Assembly (NCBI GenBank): GCA_020348985.1
Contig: CP070761.1
Coordinates: 1,127,093 to 1,191,092 of the forward strand
DNA length: 64,000 nucleotides
From: Candidatus Thorarchaeota archaeon
Lineage (GTDB): Archaea; Asgardarchaeota; Thorarchaeia; Thorarchaeales; Thorarchaeaceae
Reading direction: 5' to 3'
This document shows, piece by piece, positions 39,257 to 47,726 of this stretch; the stretch's first letter is position 1; each line of letters opens with the position of its first letter. Below the pieces are notes generated by a model. That model was not told the DNA's origin. It saw only the letters and a program-made list of their open reading frames with translations, and searched no databases. Position numbers and translations under genes: made by a program.

Positions 39257-39996
39257 TGGGTAAGGAAAAGAGTAGCAAAGTAATCAAACCACCACTGGAG
39301 AGGATTGCAAGCGGGAAGGTCTTCAGACCAGCGAGAGCTTTCATCTACAAGGGATGGTTTGATGGCATCTTGGTTGCCATTGGAATTTGGTTGTTTGGAG
39401 TAGTGTGTGCGTTTGGAATCGGTTGGATTGTTGTCGTAGCAGAAGGCATTCTTGTTGAAGAATTCTGGGGAGCGGTAGCCTACTGGTGGGGACCCGCCAA
39501 TTTCTGGTATTGGCTGATAACGGCAATATGGCTGACCCCTGCGGTGATAATCTGGCCGTTCTATGTTCGAAGAATCGAATACTCTGTAATTGCAGAAAGC
39601 GGGAAAACAATGCCCGAGATCTACGTCAGGAAAGGCATAATCACGATTACTGAGAAGCACGTTCCGTTCCGCACGATCACAAACATCTCAAGTCGCGCCG
39701 GTCCGATTGACAGGCTCTTCGGAATAGGGAGCGTGTGGATCCAGACCGCGGGATACTCAGGCGGCGCTCAGGCGGGAGCAAAACCCGAGGAGAAGTTGGA
39801 GGGCATTCACATCTTTGAGGCGGTTAGGGACTTTGTCCTCAGAGAGCTTCGTAGGTTCAGAGACCCCTATGTGACTGGAACAGAAGTCGTATCTCCAAGA
39901 CCTGAAGCGGCCGTGACAGAAGGGACATCCTCGCAGGAAGAAATCCTTGGTGTTCTGAGAGAGATCAGAGATCTGCTCAGGCGCGAGAGAGAATAG
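39256..39996 (+). CDS. bPH_2 (YdbS/YdbT-like) membrane PH-domain protein, paralog
   Basis: KHVPFRTITNISSRAGPIDRLFGIGSVWIQTAG; shares VIKPPLE and ESG-TMPE with 38397-39146. Confidence 0.85.
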   Translation: MGKEKSSKVIKPPLERIASGKVFRPARAFIYKGWFDGILVAIGIWLFGVVCAFGIGWIVVVAEGILVEEFWGAVAYWWGPANFWYWLITAIWLTPAVIIWPFYVRRIEYSVIAESGKTMPEIYVRKGIITITEKHVPFRTITNISSRAGPIDRLFGIGSVWIQTAGYSGGAQAGAKPEEKLEGIHIFEAVRDFVLRELRRFRDPYVTGTEVVSPRPEAAVTEGTSSQEEILGVLREIRDLLRRERE

Positions 39997-40006
39997 CAGT
40001 CTAAGA

Positions 40007-40195
40007 GTGATGAGAATGGTTTCAGCAAGCAGAGTACTGGGAATCATCCTAGTGGTCGCGGGATTCGTTCTTATCCTCTTCCGAGTTGTCGAAGCCATAG
40101 CAGGATTCCCCTTCCTCATGGAGCAATTGCTATTGGGATTCTTCGTTTTGTTGATAGGGCTATCATTGATGGGGAGACTACGTAAGATTGGATAG
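40007..40195 (+). CDS. Small 2-TM membrane protein
   Basis: Homologous to N-terminal half of 40357-40626. Confidence 0.65.
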   Translation: MMRMVSASRVLGIILVVAGFVLILFRVVEAIAGFPFLMEQLLLGFFVLLIGLSLMGRLRKIG

Positions 40196-40207
40196 GAGAA
40201 ATGTAAA

Positions 40208-40312
40208 TTGAGTAGCAGAATCGTTGCGCGTTTCATTGTTTTACTGATTGGGATTATCCTGTTCGTGATTTTCCTGTTTGGGTTTTTCATGATGGGCGGA
40301 TCTTTCTCGTAG
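40208..40312 (+). CDS. Single-TM micropeptide, 34 aa (MSSRIVARFIVLLIGIILFVIFLFGFFMMGGSFS)
   Basis: TTG start after AGGAG; 17/31 identical to the peptide at 42239. Confidence 0.7.
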   Translation: MSSRIVARFIVLLIGIILFVIFLFGFFMMGGSFS

Positions 40313-40356
40313 AACTTCATGAATGGACGTGAGTATCTGACGGGATGTGGTGACGA

Positions 40357-40626
40357 TTGGTTTTAGGAAGACGAGACCGAGGAGTCGTTTTGGCTATCGC
40401 AGGACTCTTCCTAATGTTCTTTCAGATAATCGATCTAGTCATTGGAGGGTCCTACTTCGGCGGCTTTGGACTCCTGGGAGCATTCATCTTTCTGATTGGA
40501 TTGACCGTTGTCGGAAGAGCATTGACTAGCAGAAAGGCTGCATGGTATTCTACCTTCTTCATTGGCATTGTGTTGTTTGTGTTCTTCCTAGTCGTCTACC
40601 TAATGAAGGGAGGAATGCTACCCTAG
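40357..40626 (+). CDS. Small 3-TM protein: 2-TM unit fused to a micropeptide unit
   Basis: GGTGA RBS; N-half resembles 40007-40195 and C-terminal 34 aa resemble 40208-40312. Confidence 0.7.
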   Translation: MVLGRRDRGVVLAIAGLFLMFFQIIDLVIGGSYFGGFGLLGAFIFLIGLTVVGRALTSRKAAWYSTFFIGIVLFVFFLVVYLMKGGMLP

Positions 40627-40643
40627 GATAGGAGTCTGCTAGA

Positions 40644-40739
40644 ATGGTTACAGTTCAAAGAGTTGTCTTCAAAATCGCCCTCATGATTGTGGCAATTGTG
40701 CTTCTCCTGATAGGATTGTTCCTCTTTTCGATGTTCTAG
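40644..40739 (+). CDS. Single-TM micropeptide, 31 aa (MVTVQRVVFKIALMIVAIVLLLIGLFLFSMF)
   Basis: AGGAG RBS; R-x3-K then hydrophobic helix as in sibling peptides. Confidence 0.6.
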   Translation: MVTVQRVVFKIALMIVAIVLLLIGLFLFSMF

Positions 40740-40819
40740 GCGGGGTGGCCCAGTCTAGGCTCTTCAAACCCATGAGATAAAAGGGAGAGGAACGGTCTGT
40801 TTCCGGTTAGGATTCTACT

Positions 40820-42088
40820 ATGGCCATAGAGGACACACCATTCGTGTACAGAACACGATTAGACAAAAGCCTCTATGCATTCTATTACGCTACTGAGGGT
40901 TTCGCCACCACTGGAATCCTTACTTTTCTGCCCCTATACGTGAGGGATTATGTCCTTATCCCTGAGGCCCTTCTTGGGATCCTTTTGGCAATAGCAGCGA
41001 TTCCAGCATTCATTAAGGTTTTCTATGGCCTTGTTAGCGATTCTAGATCCATTGGTGGGATGGGGCACAGAAGACCCTATGTACTCCTCTCAGTTCCGAT
41101 GACTATTGGAGCATGGCTACTGTTTCCATTAGTCACCGAGGCGGTTCTGTTCACTACATTGGTATTTCTTGCCTCTGTTGGATTCTCGATAGGAGACACT
41201 GCTGTTGATGCTTGGGCAGTAGAGATAACTCCAACGAAAGAGAGGGGATCAATGATGGGGATTGCTTGGGGAGCTCAGGGGATTGCTTCGGTCATGGGAG
41301 CGCTTGCAACCACCATCGTTGGACCGGCATATGGATTCACAACAGCTTTCGCCTTGCTTGGGATAGTCCAAGGATTTGGTGGAATTGTCTGGTTTGTATT
41401 CGCAAGAGAGAAGCCTATTGTGCACAGGAAGACGATCCACGGTACACTAGGATCATTGAAAGAGGAACTGAGACACAGGTATCTTTGGCTTGCATTCTTG
41501 GCCTTCATATTCGGCGGCTTTGTGTTTGGAGTGGGCTCCAATTTCATGACCTTGTTCTTTGAAGATGTTGTAGGCGCATCCGAGACAGAGATAGGAGTGT
41601 TGGTTCTTGTCTGGTCTCTGATGTTCTTTGTGGGCGGAGCGATTGGTGGTTCAGTTTATGATAGATTCAAAGACCATCGGACAGGAATCTACACAATAGC
41701 GCCGGTCTATGCCATCTCACTGTTCATGCTCACCCTCAATCAACATGGGGCATATGAGCTGGCATACGCGACTGCGATTTTCTACGGCCTAGGCAGCGGA
41801 CTAACGACGGCAGCAGTCATGGGGTTTGCTGCTCGGATAACACCTGCCGTTGTCACTGGAACTGTATTTGCAGTTATTACGTCTTTTGTGAACATAGGCC
41901 GGGCAGGGCTTGGGAATGTGTACTTGGGCTACATGGTGACGAACTACGACTACACACTGGCGTTCACTTTAGGAGCACTCATCGCATTTCCCATTATCTT
42001 GTTAGCTCGATTCATTGATCACCCAAGACTTCATGAAGAGCTTGTTGAAAAACCTGCTATTGAAGAATCAACCTACGAAAATGAATAA
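40820..42088 (+). CDS. MFS transporter (BT1/AmpG-like)
   Basis: 12 TM; KVFYGLVSD..GHRRPY, DTAVDAWAVE. Confidence 0.88.
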   Translation: MAIEDTPFVYRTRLDKSLYAFYYATEGFATTGILTFLPLYVRDYVLIPEALLGILLAIAAIPAFIKVFYGLVSDSRSIGGMGHRRPYVLLSVPMTIGAWLLFPLVTEAVLFTTLVFLASVGFSIGDTAVDAWAVEITPTKERGSMMGIAWGAQGIASVMGALATTIVGPAYGFTTAFALLGIVQGFGGIVWFVFAREKPIVHRKTIHGTLGSLKEELRHRYLWLAFLAFIFGGFVFGVGSNFMTLFFEDVVGASETEIGVLVLVWSLMFFVGGAIGGSVYDRFKDHRTGIYTIAPVYAISLFMLTLNQHGAYELAYATAIFYGLGSGLTTAAVMGFAARITPAVVTGTVFAVITSFVNIGRAGLGNVYLGYMVTNYDYTLAFTLGALIAFPIILLARFIDHPRLHEELVEKPAIEESTYENE

Positions 42089-42118
42089 CCTCAAAGGCGA
42101 GAGAGTCGTAGTTCTGCC

Positions 42119-42226
42119 ATGACACCTACGAGACTCATCCTCAAGGTCATTCTTCTGGTCTTTGTCGTTTTGCTTCTGGTAATCATCCTGTTGATTCAGT
42201 TTGGTCTTGTTCCAGGCCTTTCCTAG
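42119..42226 (+). CDS. Single-TM micropeptide, 35 aa (MTPTRLILKVILLVFVVLLLVIILLIQFGLVPGLS)
   Basis: ATG..TAG; R-x3-K plus long aliphatic helix. Confidence 0.6.
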   Translation: MTPTRLILKVILLVFVVLLLVIILLIQFGLVPGLS

Positions 42227-42238
42227 GAGTGATGATAG

Positions 42239-42346
42239 ATGAGTGGGAGGATTGTCCTGAGAATCGCTGTTCTATTTCTGCTGATTCTATTACTCGCAAT
42301 CTTTTTGCTTGGTTACTTTGTGCTCGGTGGAGGACTTTTTGGCTAG
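42239..42346 (+). CDS. Single-TM micropeptide, 35 aa (MSGRIVLRIAVLFLLILLLAIFLLGYFVLGGGLFG)
   Basis: AGGAGTGA RBS; clear paralog of 40208-40312. Confidence 0.7.
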   Translation: MSGRIVLRIAVLFLLILLLAIFLLGYFVLGGGLFG

Positions 42347-42438
42347 GGGGACAGCCTTGAGGGGCTCGTTTTCCTGAAGCAAGAATGGGAGAGGCACTGT
42401 AACGGTGAGCCCAGTCTCTTCATGAATTGATTCTTGCC

Positions 42439-43287
42439 CTATCCCAGATTCATACCGAGATCGTCCACAAGCTTCTCGAAATTGCGAAGACTTTGCTGGG
42501 CATTATCTCTGTCACGAACTTCGAATACGTACTGGATTGGTGATGGAGCAATCTCAGTCAAGAAGCGAAGCGGAGGCTCGAAGTCGATTGTACCCTCACC
42601 CACTATTTGATGTGAACCACATCGTTCAGACCAATCGTGAATGTGTACTACAGAGACAGATCTCCTATGTTTGTGGAAAACTGTCCAATCCTTGTCCTTG
42701 ATCCTGCCCGTTGAATCGTAGAGCTTTGGTATATCGACACATAGCTTTAGCCCTTCCGAAATGAGAGATTCAATCGCGTCGTGGACAAGCGGGGTCCAGT
42801 TGTGGTTCTCAAGGACAATATCAACGTCTGGAGAGGCATAGTCTATCAATTCAAGCAAGTTTCCAACCAGTGTGTTTAGGAAGTCGCCATAGAATGCCTT
42901 CACGAACTCATCTTTCATCATTCGTGCCTGTTTCAGGCTCGGTAAGACTCCAGCGTGGACAACGAGATTTGTACTTGAGACGCTAACACTTCGGGCAAAG
43001 TCGATGATCCTCTTCAGGTAATGAATGATGGCTCTCTTTACTGGTGCGTACGTAGCAAAGAGACTGATATCGTCACCAGGAGCGTGAAAACCCCAACCCA
43101 CTCTGAGCTCTTGGGAGAGGTCTCGCAGCTTTTTTTTCTGCTCTTGGCTGTACTTCTCTGGAGCGAAGCGAGGGACACCAATGTCAGGGACGATGGAGGT
43201 CCAGTTATTCCCAGATGCGTAGTTTAGGGCATCCTCAAGTGAGCTATCATAGACCACGTGGTAGGCCCGATTGCTTGGAAGTGGCAT
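42439..43287 (-). CDS. Sugar phosphate isomerase/epimerase (AP endonuclease 2 TIM barrel)
   Basis: FHAP, VVHAG, LENH, HIHD..HQIVGEGTIDF, FEV. Confidence 0.8.
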   Translation of the reverse strand: MPLPSNRAYHVVYDSSLEDALNYASGNNWTSIVPDIGVPRFAPEKYSQEQKKKLRDLSQELRVGWGFHAPGDDISLFATYAPVKRAIIHYLKRIIDFARSVSVSSTNLVVHAGVLPSLKQARMMKDEFVKAFYGDFLNTLVGNLLELIDYASPDVDIVLENHNWTPLVHDAIESLISEGLKLCVDIPKLYDSTGRIKDKDWTVFHKHRRSVSVVHIHDWSERCGSHQIVGEGTIDFEPPLRFLTEIAPSPIQYVFEVRDRDNAQQSLRNFEKLVDDLGMNLG

Positions 43288-43347
43288 GAGGTGTAGGAGG
43301 TCTTTACGGCGGATTATAATCTGTTCTGAGATGAATTCGTACGTGAA

Positions 43348-43896
43348 TCAATTGGTCCCAGGCTGTTCTGGCATGTCAGTCGTCTCCCACCAAGGGACCG
43401 ATTCAGGAAGACCTTCCCAGATATCCGGCTCCTTTGGAGGGGGTATCACTCTCAAGAGAACCCATGAGAGCAGTGGAAGGACTAGAGTAGGTGCAGTGAT
43501 GCTGACGTAGTAAATCGAGGGATAGAGGATGAGCGGCATCAGAGAAATGACACCTATGAGAGTAAAGGGAGTTTCGCTGGCAACTGCCGCCCATTTCACT
43601 CGTCGGATTCTGACTCTCCGTCGGTAGAGCCGCATCATCTCGTAGGCGAGCCATAATCTGAAACCAGTGAAGGGGAAGGTCTGGACTATAATGAATGGGT
43701 GGAGAATGGGAGGGCCACCCCAGCTGTAGTATACCCACAACATAGCCATGACGTTAATGGTGACTTCACCATAACCCATTATCACCACGCCTGCAGGGCC
43801 GAACAAGGCAACTACGAACATTACAAGACCAATTACTCGTGATCTACGGATTTCTTCCGTGGTTACCACTCGGATTTCATCTCCGACTTGGCTCAA
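43348..43896 (-). CDS. Hypothetical membrane protein
   Basis: Several TMs; Pro/Trp-rich tail. Confidence 0.6.
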   Translation of the reverse strand: MSQVGDEIRVVTTEEIRRSRVIGLVMFVVALFGPAGVVIMGYGEVTINVMAMLWVYYSWGGPPILHPFIIVQTFPFTGFRLWLAYEMMRLYRRRVRIRRVKWAAVASETPFTLIGVISLMPLILYPSIYYVSITAPTLVLPLLSWVLLRVIPPPKEPDIWEGLPESVPWWETTDMPEQPGTN

Positions 43897-44015
43897 ACGT
43901 CAACACCAGGTAACAGCTCTGGGCAAGAGGCCCTCACGTCTGCTTAAGTGGATTGCCATAATCCTAGAGATGTTCCGTCTGAGTAGGAGAATCCTTGACG
44001 TAGGGATATAGGGCA

Positions 44016-45296
44016 CTACTCTGTCCTCCGGACATAGATGATTGCAACAGCAATCACTGCCAAGAATGTGACAGCAACTGGTATGAAGAGAGAGGGAGGC
44101 GGCGTTGGGAGAGGTGATGACATGAAATACGTATTCATGGCAGTGAAGATATCTGTATTATCGACCGTTTCAACGCTTTCATTGAAGACATCACCTTTCC
44201 AGTAGAGAGGAACGTCTGTTGCAGTGTGGTAAGTAGTGCCCCATTCGACAGTTATGTTGTTGGCGCGCTCGATTCTGAGCTGTCGATTGGCAGACTCTTC
44301 ATTGGTATCGCTCGGCAAAGTGTCGCTGAGAGTGTGCCCAAGAATGGTCAGCCCCGCGGTTTCATGGTCAGCAGTGACGATCAAGACCGTGTTCGGATGG
44401 TCGCTGATGTATTCGAGAGCGGTTCCTACTGCCTTGTCAAATGCAATAAGTTCCAGTGCAGTATCAACTCGATCATGATCATGGGCAGCATGGTCTATCT
44501 TCCCCCCCTCAACGATGAGAAAGAATCCTTCAGGGTCTTGTGAGAGAATCTCAATTGATTTTGCAGTCATTTCTGAGAGGGAGGGGCTCTCATCAAAGTC
44601 TCGACCTTGTTCGAAGGGCATATGGTCATAGGAGAAGAGGCCCAAGACCTTTCCACTTGTTACGGCCAGTAATTCGTCTCTGTCTTGAACGAACGAGTAC
44701 CCGTTGTCGACCATGGCATCGATTTCACTGGTGTTGAAGTATCGACTGCCGCCCCCCAAAAGAACTTCTACTCCTGCTTCTTCGATAATCTGACGGGTTA
44801 TCTCTTGGTAAGAATTCCGATTCGCAACATGTGTCATGAAAGCAGCTGGAGTACCATGTTGAATGGTTGTCCTCGTTACAACTCCGGTTGACTTTCCAAA
44901 GGTCTGAGCAACATCTACGATTGTCTCCAAGACTACACCGTTAGGATCAATCCCGACGAAGCTGTTGTTGATTTTCACACCAGTAGCTATTGCCGTTGCG
45001 GCGGCAGACGAATCCGTAACGTTCGAGTCAGCACTGCAGGTTGTGACATTCGCGCTGAAAGGAAGTTGTTCCATAATCAGACTATTGCTAGGTCCCACCT
45101 CGACCCATCGTCCTAGCTTAACATGCTCTGGCCCCATTCCGTCACCAATCATGAGAATTATGCTCAGGGGTTCATCATCTGACAAAACGCGTGCTTTAGA
45201 TCCATCAAGTGTATCAGCGGTGGCAGGAGACATCCAGCAGGCCGAAAGCAGCATCAGAATAACAGTAGTGTGGAGCTTCAGTTTCGTTATCCTCAT
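44016..45296 (-). CDS. phoA: Alkaline phosphatase, secreted and C-terminally anchored
   Basis: MIGDGMG, VTDSSAAATA, VEGGKIDHAAH, VTADHET; C-terminal TM + RR. Confidence 0.88.
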   Translation of the reverse strand: MRITKLKLHTTVILMLLSACWMSPATADTLDGSKARVLSDDEPLSIILMIGDGMGPEHVKLGRWVEVGPSNSLIMEQLPFSANVTTCSADSNVTDSSAAATAIATGVKINNSFVGIDPNGVVLETIVDVAQTFGKSTGVVTRTTIQHGTPAAFMTHVANRNSYQEITRQIIEEAGVEVLLGGGSRYFNTSEIDAMVDNGYSFVQDRDELLAVTSGKVLGLFSYDHMPFEQGRDFDESPSLSEMTAKSIEILSQDPEGFFLIVEGGKIDHAAHDHDRVDTALELIAFDKAVGTALEYISDHPNTVLIVTADHETAGLTILGHTLSDTLPSDTNEESANRQLRIERANNITVEWGTTYHTATDVPLYWKGDVFNESVETVDNTDIFTAMNTYFMSSPLPTPPPSLFIPVAVTFLAVIAVAIIYVRRTE

Positions 45297-45456
45297 TGCC
45301 AGACCGAAAGTCAACATGCTCCTAGCGATATAAAGGCCGTTGAAGCAGCAAGAACCGATGAGCGAATCTGATTTCCTGGTCGCAATTGCTGTCATTTAGG
45401 CAGGCTAATATCAACACTACTCCACACCTGAAGAGGAGAAGTGAATCTGGAGGTGT

Positions 45457-46446
45457 TTGCTTTTGGAAGTAGAAGCAGCAATCATAAAGCTTCCAAAGAA
45501 TGATACAGCAGTCTTGGATTGGGCACCCGACGGAAAGCAATTCGCAACTGGACATTCGAACGGTCAAGTCAAGCTATACGAGAACGAAGAACAGGTGGCT
45601 TTGTTAGAAGGCCACAAGAAAGCCGTAACTTCCATAGCATGGAGCCCCGACGGTCGCGCTTTTGCCACTGCTGGCCACGACAACAGAGTTCTGCTCTGGC
45701 GTGACGGAACACTGTTAGCCGATCTGGGAGGTCACAAGCGGCCAGTCTACGAATTGGGATGGAGTTCAGACTCGGAGCTTCTGGCTTCTTGTTCAGGCGA
45801 CGGCAATCTAATCATCTGGCACGAAGTTGAGAAGGCTGCGACTCTCATTGGTCATGAGAAAGCCGTGACAAGCCTTTCTTGGAGTCCGGACGGAGATTCC
45901 TTGGCTTCGGGTTCAGCAGATGCCACCGTACGTGTATGGGATCGTGATGGTAATCTGGTGTCTGTCTTGAAAGGCCACAATGACGCCATGGCAAGGGTTG
46001 CTTGGTCTCCTGATGGTGGTTCCAAGCTTCTGGCTTCAAGCTCCTATGACAATACCGCCAGACTTTGGAGAAACTCAGAGGAAGTTGCTGTAATGACTGG
46101 CCACAAAGATCGCGTATTCGGCTTGGGATGGCGTCCGGATGGAGAAATCCTAGCGACCGGAGGCGGATTCAAAGATGCCATGGTAAAGCTGTGGAAAAGC
46201 GATGGTAACGAGATGGCAAACCTGACTGGTCATAGAAGCAGTGTCTATCAGATAAAGTGGCGACCAGACGGCTCAATGTTTGCATCTTCATCGTTCGACA
46301 AGAGTGTAAGATTGTGGAACTTGGAGAAAGAACTGGCAGTTCTGAAAGGGCACTCTGGGCCAGCCCTTGGAATCAAGTGGAGCCCCAATGGAAAGACTCT
46401 GGCGTCTACGGGAACTGGGACTATTGCCCTCTGGCATGTTCCCTAG
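45457..46446 (+). CDS. WD40 repeat beta-propeller protein
   Basis: About 8 GH...WSPDG...D..V.LW repeats. Confidence 0.93.
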   Translation: MLLEVEAAIIKLPKNDTAVLDWAPDGKQFATGHSNGQVKLYENEEQVALLEGHKKAVTSIAWSPDGRAFATAGHDNRVLLWRDGTLLADLGGHKRPVYELGWSSDSELLASCSGDGNLIIWHEVEKAATLIGHEKAVTSLSWSPDGDSLASGSADATVRVWDRDGNLVSVLKGHNDAMARVAWSPDGGSKLLASSSYDNTARLWRNSEEVAVMTGHKDRVFGLGWRPDGEILATGGGFKDAMVKLWKSDGNEMANLTGHRSSVYQIKWRPDGSMFASSSFDKSVRLWNLEKELAVLKGHSGPALGIKWSPNGKTLASTGTGTIALWHVP

Positions 46447-46527
46447 ATTAGGCAAAGCAGAGCTAGCTAGAAAAAGTGTCTGACCAAGCGGGCACAACCC
46501 TACTTGGCCCGACAATTTGAATTGGGT

Positions 46528-46833
46528 CTACTCAGGGACCCACATTGGTGTTAGTCTTGTGGCCTCAGAAGAAACTCGAACCTCATTTAGCTTCTCGGTA
46601 AGGCGCTTGTAGCGCTCGTCGTTTCTGAGTCCTTCTACTTTCGCATTGTAGTCGGCCTCATCTTCATATCGGGTCATGTAGTAGGCTTGCGAACGATCCC
46701 CTTCTACCTCCCAGAAACCAAGAATGTCTACTTCGTGTTCTTTGTAAATCTCTTCAAACTGCTCACGAAGTTCATCTAGAATGCCCAATGCATCATCTCT
46801 TGCTCTAGTGTGATATAGCATGTAAAGAGCCAT
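46528..46833 (-). CDS. NIPSNAP family protein
   Basis: EHEVDILGFWEVEG..YYMTRYED..RLTP pattern. Confidence 0.65.
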   Translation of the reverse strand: MALYMLYHTRARDDALGILDELREQFEEIYKEHEVDILGFWEVEGDRSQAYYMTRYEDEADYNAKVEGLRNDERYKRLTEKLNEVRVSSEATRLTPMWVPE

Positions 46834-46926
46834 AGAAATCACGAATGAACTATAGTTAATCACCCACTAAAGAATCTTCCCATTCGAGACTACATTGGAA
46901 GATTTTGAGCGGACTAGTCGGAATCT

Positions 46927-47619
46927 CTACTTCAGAGCCTTATGAATAGCAGCAACCCCTAGCATCAGGCGTCTGAATCCCACTTCTTTGAATCCTGCTT
47001 CCTTCAGTATTTGAGCTAGCTCATCGGCGGTATAGAATCGTCTGACTGTGCTTGAGAGGTATGCATAGCCCCGTTTTGATCCTGATATGAACTGGCCGAA
47101 TCGTCTCGCTACATTGTCTACATAGAAGTGGAAGAATCTTTTCAGAAGTTTCGATTCCGGTTGGCTCGTTTCCAGATTGAGAAACATGCCGCCTGGTTTC
47201 AGCACTCTGTGAAATTCACCGAATGTCGCCGTAATCGCTTTTCGAGATAGGTTGATGTTTCGCGTTGCGAATGCAATTGTAACAAGGTCGAAGGAGTTGT
47301 CTTGAAAAGGTAGAACAGTCGCATTGGCGAGGCTAAAGGACACTAGTTTCGCATCGTGCTTGCTTGCTGCTGAATCAAGCATCGGGAGACAGAAATCCAG
47401 AGCGGCAACGTTTCTCTTTCCACCCCCAAACTTGTGCAGATATAGGGCCATTTCACCAGTTCCACTGCAGACATCGAGCCACTTGGCCCCACCATGGCTT
47501 GCCGCCTCGGCCGCTGCGATTCTTCGCCAGAGTATGTCTAGATAGAATGTCATCGCACGGTTTGCCGACTCGTAATTGGGTGATGCCTCCACGAATATCC
47601 TCTGAATACCAATTGCCAT
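46927..47619 (-). CDS. ubiE: UbiE/MenG-family quinone C-methyltransferase
   Basis: YESANRAMTFYLDILWRR, LDVCSGTG, IAFATRN, YAYLSSTVRRF. Confidence 0.8.
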   Translation of the reverse strand: MAIGIQRIFVEASPNYESANRAMTFYLDILWRRIAAAEAASHGGAKWLDVCSGTGEMALYLHKFGGGKRNVAALDFCLPMLDSAASKHDAKLVSFSLANATVLPFQDNSFDLVTIAFATRNINLSRKAITATFGEFHRVLKPGGMFLNLETSQPESKLLKRFFHFYVDNVARRFGQFISGSKRGYAYLSSTVRRFYTADELAQILKEAGFKEVGFRRLMLGVAAIHKALK

Positions 47620-47726
47620 CGACCGCGCTCCTGTAATAAGTCAGCACTGCTAGGTTTGCCGTGAAAGGGGAAATTAGCCCTTCCGATATTTTTCGAATGT
47701 TCTCTTGCAAGTATTACCACAATGGA

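Noticed and set aside
39757-40320. 187-aa minus-strand ORF and other long antisense ORFs (e.g. 4011-4586, 31794-32252, 61238-61738)
   Set aside because: Shadow frames opposite well-supported genes; no motifs
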